Positions 55,404 to 64,000 of a stretch of DNA of 64,000 nucleotides are shown piece by piece. Within the stretch, counting starts at the first letter, position 1. Each line of letters opens with the position of its first letter. Source of the stretch: Lobosporangium transversale (Eukaryota); the NCBI RefSeq assembly GCF_002105155.1, contig NW_019029002.1, positions 434,001-498,000 on the forward strand, given 5' to 3'. Under the pieces are notes generated by a model. It did no database searches, was not told the origin of the DNA, and worked only from the letters and a program-made list of their open reading frames with translations. A program made the translations under genes and the position numbers.

Positions 55404-57267
55404 GATAATAAGGAGAGAGCAGAGTCGGGGAAAGTTGTAAGATCACAATGTGGTTTTTTGAGGAAGTTTATTTAAGTACGCGAAATGTAGGGATCCAACT
55501 GCGACCATAAAGAAGAAGAAAAGAACAAAAACAAACAAACAAGGGACAATACTAATAGTTCTTGTAAATGTTAAATCAAAACAAAGTTGATGGTCAAAAG
55601 GATTTGTGTGGGTATCGGTACAAATGGACACAGTAGTAAGGAAGCTTCAGTAACGAAGGAATAAGGGTATCCCAAAGTGTTTTAGACTTTCGAAATGAAA
55701 ATGAAACAAGAAAAGAGTTACGTAAGATTCAATAACGAAAAGGATGCCACAAAGCAAAGCAAGGCAAAGACAACAGGAGGCAGGAACTGAAGAGAAAAAG
55801 GCAGTGGAGAAAATGATGGTATAGTGATAAGAAGCGACAAACAGTCGAAGAAAAGAGTGAAGAGAAGAGAAGAGAAAGAGAAAGAGAAAGAGAGAAGAAA
55901 GAAAAAAAAAAAAAAAAGAAGAAGGAAAGGGGACGGAAAACTAAAGCGGATTAGAAGTGCTGGATCATGCGTAACAAGCATTGTGCGCTATACCCGTGTA
56001 TCCATCTATATCATTGACTGTATCAAAAACAGGGTCTTACACTTTTCCGACCTGCCAGCATGTCTAATTTGCAAATCGCGTTATAAATATATTCAGTGCG
56101 TTACCGAACGTTAATGTTGTTACATTTTTTTTTTTTTTTTTTTTCTTGTGCATGCAGCCCCATGTTATTTATTCAGCACGTTATGAGTTTAAGCAAGCAA
56201 TACAAATAAATAAATAAATAAAATAGATTTTACGCGCGTAGTTCGTTCGATAAAACTTAATTCAGAGCTCTTAGTGATTTCGATGTCTATGTACATGTAC
56301 TCCTTGCTTGTCCTATCGACTATCCTTCTCTCTCTCTCTTGCCTTTTGATGGAGGCACATCAGGCGCGATCAATGCAGATTGATTACTATTTCGTTCTTT
56401 GTTTCTCTTTTATTCAATTAGGTTCACCCTAATTACTTAACAAAATCGGCTTAAATCGCACTCTCGCCAACCTCTTCTCTTTTTTTGGTTGGACGTGTAT
56501 CACCTTTCTTCCTCCTACTTGCCCCTCTCCCTTCCTTGCTCTCCCTCCTTGCTCTTCCACCATCTTCTTCCTCCTCTTCTCCCGTCTTCTTCTGACATAA
56601 CTTTATGTTTATTATTATAATTCCCTTGATTAGATTGATTTTTTTTTTTTTTTTTCAGATGTGTAACCTTTGGAGCAGTCTTTTGTGTCTTCCTCCTAGT
56701 ATCCATTTATAGGGCCAATTCAGTGCATTGACCATTTAGACGTCCAAGGATCTTTTATTGATCGTTCTATTTCCAAAACTAAATGTCATCTTTTTGAACA
56801 ATGATCCGACTATCCAAAGATCCAGAGGTCCATAAAAGAAAAATCCACGAAATAAAAGAACAATTGCTTTGCTTACCCGATTCCTTCGCAGTATTCCCCA
56901 TAAAGACGAAATGAAAAAAAAAAAAAAATGGTTATATGAAGGGCTGATTAAGAGAAACCTCATTCAACTCAATCAGATTCTCAAATCTTATTATTTTTGT
57001 GACTCCTTGGGCACTCTTTTTCTAGTCTTTTTCTCCCCCTGAAAATAAATCATGAAACACGAAAAAAAAATAGTGAAGAGGGGAGAACATTGTACAATCA
57101 GGGCTGTTATTGTTACACACGCGAACAAAAACATCCCCCTTCTTCCTACTGTACAAATCTTCGGCACAACCTCTGTGTTTCCGCGAAGCCTGTTGCTACT
57201 TTTTTTTTTTTTTTTTTTTTTTTTGCTAAGCATCTGCGATTGTTGCCGTTCAACTGTCTTTCGTTTG

Positions 57268-57300
<33 letters not shown>

Positions 57301-58813
57301 CTTCTTGAACAGGATGTCTACAACCCATCTCGTCACTGTATCATCTTATTTTTATTATTATGAAACATTATGCTGGTTGTTCCTTTCACCAATGTTTACA
57401 TTGCGCATTTATAATCTTACTAGCCCTTGGGTTGAGGCCTATGGTGATAAAATAAGCAAACAAACATGCAAAACTATGCTTGCCTATAAACAAAAATAAA
57501 AAAGTTGGACACTCTATAGCAATGGGCCGCTCCAGAATGGGCTTGATCAATATATATATTTAAGAAAAACGCGCAATGACGTTTTTTTTTATTTTTCTTT
57601 TCGTTGTTATCTGCAAAAATCAATCTATAATGCATGCGAATTGGGGAAACTAACAATGGTTCAGTTTTTTTTTTTTTTTTTTTTTTTTTCCGTTTGTATT
57701 TTGCAAAGCTGATGGCGTCCTAATTGTGTACAACAGTAGATCCTAGATGGGTCTAAAAAGGTTGAGATTACACATGTCAAGCTTTTTTTTTTTTCTCGGC
57801 ACAAGTGCAGGACAAATTGCAGATTTTTGGTCCTTTTAACTGGGAGGGACGGGAAACAGCTACATCGACGACAAAATAAGAAGTGCTACGGTTGTTGATT
57901 TGCAGTGTACATTTCAGACAGAAAAAAAGGGGTGAGGAAAGGGATGCAGTTGTAAACTTTAAACAAATAAACAAAGTTTATATCCACAGAAAGAACCACA
58001 TTTCAGAAGTCGCCAGTGACCTGGTGGACGCGTCCTTTTTTGTGTTACAACTTTGTGTCTTTCTGCGCCATGATGACATGAGTGGCCTGTGCCGAGGGGA
58101 CATTTTTTAAATATTTACTTTATCCTTCTCGGCATTAGTCGCCATTCTATAAGCAGATCAAATGTCGGCCTGCATATTGCAGGCGTACATTTTGTGGTGC
58201 TCGTTTTGATGACGGACAAAGGTGTAAACACGAATACAAAGATTCCATCGTTGGAGGACCAAAAGATCCTGTTTTATATATATATTCTTATGTTTTTATT
58301 TCAGTGATTGAATATAGTTCCCAATCAACAGATGAAAAACAGGTCTTGCAGCACATGGTGGACTTTGGAATTCCTCATTTCCATAATTTGTAATATTTGC
58401 CGATGAACGATGAGGGAATTAAGCTTATACCATTTCACGCTACCCCGTGCATGCAGAGAATACTTCACAAGGAAGAAGAAGAAAAAAAAATTCTAAGAAG
58501 TTTTCCACATTTTGTAAATATAAAATATAGATTATAATAAAGATACTTCCATCAATTAAATGAGGACTTATTCGTTTTAGCACTCGCGCGGAAGAATATT
58601 CCATAAGGAAGTAGCATCAAGCGAAAGAAATATTAAGCATTTTTACGAGACGAATATTATGGAAGAAAAGCCCCTTATCTATTAATATTCCTCTTACATT
58701 CTAAAGCACTATGGCAGATTATCTTAAATCATCGCAGCTACTACTAATATTACTAAGAACTCCTGTTACAGCTCCATTATGTCTCTCCTAAATCAAAGTT
58801 GAGAAACAGTGCT

Positions 58814-60038
58814 TCACGCCTTTTGGACTGAAAAGGAAGGAGTAGTGGAGAGCCCTGCTTCTGCTTCCTTCATTGCTCTTTGTTTACGGCGGCTTCTGCC
58901 ACGTATGTACTTTGAAAGCCAAAAACAATGGATTATGAGCGCAACAAAGTAGATGGCTGCTCCTCTAGGTGGGGTAGGATAGTTGAATGCACATTCATGC
59001 CATATGAACCCCACAAAGAAGATCCGAAAAAGCACGAAGGTCAATGGGAACCAGAAATCCGACCTTAACCGAGGAAACATCATACCACTCGCCAAGAATA
59101 TTGATGGCACTAAAATAAGGAGAGAAGGAGGATTAGATGAGCTAAAATATCGAGACCATGTGTCACGGCAGAAAGACAAAATTCGAACCCGTACCTTCCA
59201 AAACACCACCACAAATCAAGAATTGTGATAGGTTATTTTGAATAGCAAGCCGATAGACAAGAAGGCAATAAGTGATATGGTGGGTCCATCCCATAGCATC
59301 CACATACATCCTATAATGTATATTGCCGAGCAGCAGATCTGCAATACAGTAACCGATAAAGTATCCACAAAGCACAGACGATGGCCAAGTCTCTCGAGGA
59401 AAGTTCTCCAGTGAGAAGAGCAGGCGCCCTCCTCCTCCAAGATAGTAAGGTGCTGTCGAAGAGTACAGCTGAGGCTGCTTTAGAGGAGCCAATGAGAAGA
59501 TGGGCAAGGTGATAAGCCAGCGGAGGTATCCTCCTGCAAGGTCCTTGTACGTTTGACCATCTAAGAAAAGACATGTGAACAACTCGAGGCTGGATAAGGA
59601 CGATCGGATGGAAGCAAGAGTCACGGCTGATGGACCTTGGCGTCCCAGCTCAAATACCCAGCCATGGAACGTTGGCGCCCAGTAAGTGAAGATTGTAGCT
59701 GTTGCTGCCTCTGGTCCCTGTTGTTCCCATCCGAGGAGAGACCATAGTGTCGTCCGCAGGTACCCAAACTCAAATAAAGTGATGAAAGACATGATGATGG
59801 CGCAAAATAACGCCAGGCTCCAAGATAAACCCCTGCGGTACTTTGTGAAAGAGGGACAAAAGAACCAGGTGGTGTAAAAGATAATAAACTGGAGAATGAA
59901 GGAAACAACAATGGCTTGCCCAAAAAGAATGTTGGGAGGTGTTTTTTTCACACCAAGGAAGTAGCCATAGGAAGCTGGGTCTGCAGTTCCTATCGTCATT
60001 TGTTTACTTTCCTGGTGGGAAAATGCCAATCCTGTCAT
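58814..60038 (-). CDS. TLC (TRAM/LAG1/CLN8)-domain multi-pass membrane protein, ~379 aa; exons 60038-59195, 59109-58814
   Basis: Several hydrophobic helices with GYFIGYCIADLLLG, GWTHHITY, GGVLE|VPSIFLA, TFVLFRI and IIHCFW, which fit the TLC pattern. One phase-1 GT-AG intron joins in frame. Confidence 0.8.
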
Positions 60039-60463
60039 AGTCTGCTACCACTGTTATTTGCTTTCTCTTTGTCTATTTACTTGCTGATTCTTCTCTGTAT
60101 ATGATGGAAAAGTGGTTTTAAGCCGATAGGTCACGAAATACTAAGAGTGTCGTTTAGAAAAGCACCAAAAGGATAATAATAATAATAATGATAACGAAGA
60201 GTGAGAACAATGAAAGAAGAGAAGGAGGAGGAAGAAGAAGAAAGGAAGAATAAAATTGTCTTCGTGCATCTCCGCCCTTTGGAACACGGGGGGGTTTTTT
60301 TTTTCACAACACCGCAACGCCTCATGTTTCTCGTACTCATTCATTGACAAGAAGAGTCATTGTCATTGCCACTCCATAAACTCTTTCCTTTCCATTCTCT
60401 CCTTCTTATCCCTCCTTCCTTTCTACTCATTATCAGTAATATCAATAGCGTCTTTTTCTTATA

Positions 60464-62565
<2,102 letters not shown>

Positions 62566-63963
62566 AGGCATTTGAGGGAACGTCTAATCACTTCAACCAA
62601 CCTTCTATTAAACTATTATTTGTCTTTCTCTCACTTTTTTTTATATTTCTTTGATTGAGAAGTTGTGGAATAAAATGAAAGGTTCATTTAAACATCATGT
62701 TGCTGTCAGTTCTGGTCAAACTTATATCTCCATTTGAAAGGGCAAATTGGTGAAGAGATCACACCCATATCACGATTGTTCCATTGTTCTTTGAGCAGAC
62801 AAGTGCTCCGTTGATTTCATGACATCTGAGTCGGTTCTCAAGCTTATAAAGACAGTGTCATCATTGCCTTCCATTGATGTATATACCACAGAGAGGAAGA
62901 GATTTTTTTTTTTTTTTTTTTTTTTTTGCATACAATGCTTTATAATCCAAAGGTGGAGCAACCCAGTAAAAAAAAATAGAGAGAGAAAGACATTTCATTG
63001 ACTGGTATGGAAGAACATATTTACTTTCAGTACTTTAGCATACCTTTCAATTCAATCAGCTCTACCTTTCTGTAAGGATCACCACTAGGACTAAGAAAAA
63101 AAAAAATGCCTCAGTGATCATGATCAAAGACTCTTACTTTTTTATTTTCGACTCTGACGTCTTGAATCCTTATCAATCCGTTGTATAAAGATTAGGTGTA
63201 TGTAAACACACTAACGCGTAAAAACAAAAGTAAAACAGGACTGGGAATGTATGTCATTGTATATCATTCAGGTACAATACTATAGCCCAAGAGTTGTCTA
63301 TAGAGGCTCTTTGTAGAGCAACACAGCATGTAAACACTTTGCCTGAATAGTGTATAATTAAAAAAAAAAAAAAAAAAAAGTTTGTATTACAACGGATGGT
63401 GTTACTGGAGTGCTTATGTATATCATGTACTTGAAGATGTGTTATGTGTCTGCGCGTGTTGTGCAAACAAAATATTTGCTCTCCACTTCTGCACTGCCAC
63501 ATTATCAGAAAGTCAGTTTCTTACATAGTCTAGTCTAGGCTATTAATCTACTCTCAAACTCCGGCTCTAATCCCGGTAGCAAGAGTGAGCGGCGTTTGCT
63601 TTCATTCAAAAAAAAAAAAAAAAAAAAAAAGCGGCGTCCCTTCTTTGTCTCAAGGTTAGGTTCAAATCGTGTGCCGTCCCTATCCTCGACTCGTAATGCT
63701 TGTAGTAAACATTATCCTGGAGAGGTTACGCCCTGTGTTTAGATCAATCTCAAAGACACTGACCTTGGAATGGAAAGATCTTCCCCTTTTTTTTTCCCAC
63801 AAGAAAAAAATATTTAAATACCTCCTCCTTCTCTTTCTCCTTCCCCTCAAAATTTACATTCTATCCTTCTTTGCAGTAAGTAGTAAATACTTTTCTTCTT
63901 TTTATAATTGTCATTTTATCATCCTAATCTCACCGGTAATTCTTTTTTCCTCGTCTTATAGTC

Positions 63964-64000
63964 ATGTTGTTCAAGGCTAAGGGTCTCGTCGTGCTCGTTT
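63964..64000 (+). CDS. Probable start of a gene running off the window (MLFKAKGLVVLV..., signal-peptide-like), preceded by a 5'UTR intron 63876-63961
   Basis: CT-rich leader 63780-63875, GTAAGT donor, CTAAT branch point and TATAG acceptor 2 nt before the ATG; basic then hydrophobic N-terminus. Only 12 codons are visible. Confidence 0.45.
   Translation, partial: MLFKAKGLVVLV

Overview
Eukaryotic, intron-rich fungal DNA with very many poly(A)/poly(T) runs. Gene content and a lineage-typical N-terminal-domain/LRR family point to Mortierellaceae (Mucoromycota); this is an inference. I hand-spliced 11 complete protein-coding genes: a TKL/RIPK-like kinase with C-terminal ankyrin repeats, a single-HKD PLD/nuclease (Zucchini/Nuc-like), a USP8-dimerisation(MIT-like)-domain protein, a thioredoxin-fold protein without CxxC, Cef1/CDC5L, an App1-like phosphatidate phosphatase, two neighbouring genes sharing a homologous ~85-aa N-terminal domain, an atypical extended SDR, a TLC-domain membrane protein and a CaMK1. 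All models keep frame across their junctions; one intron boundary (50017 gene) is ambiguous and one donor (PLD gene) is GC. There is also a decayed Tc1/mariner transposase, several micro/minisatellites and a probable secreted-protein gene start at the right edge. The best candidate for an undescribed system is the 46.4-52.2 kb cluster. There one exon-encoded 'header' domain is fused to different C-termini (a coiled coil, or a Roco-C-terminus-like domain plus LRRs) on either side of transposon debris. Next are the non-RD kinase-ankyrin gene and the bacterial-like PLD nuclease converging on it. No database searches were run, so family calls rest on motif recognition.
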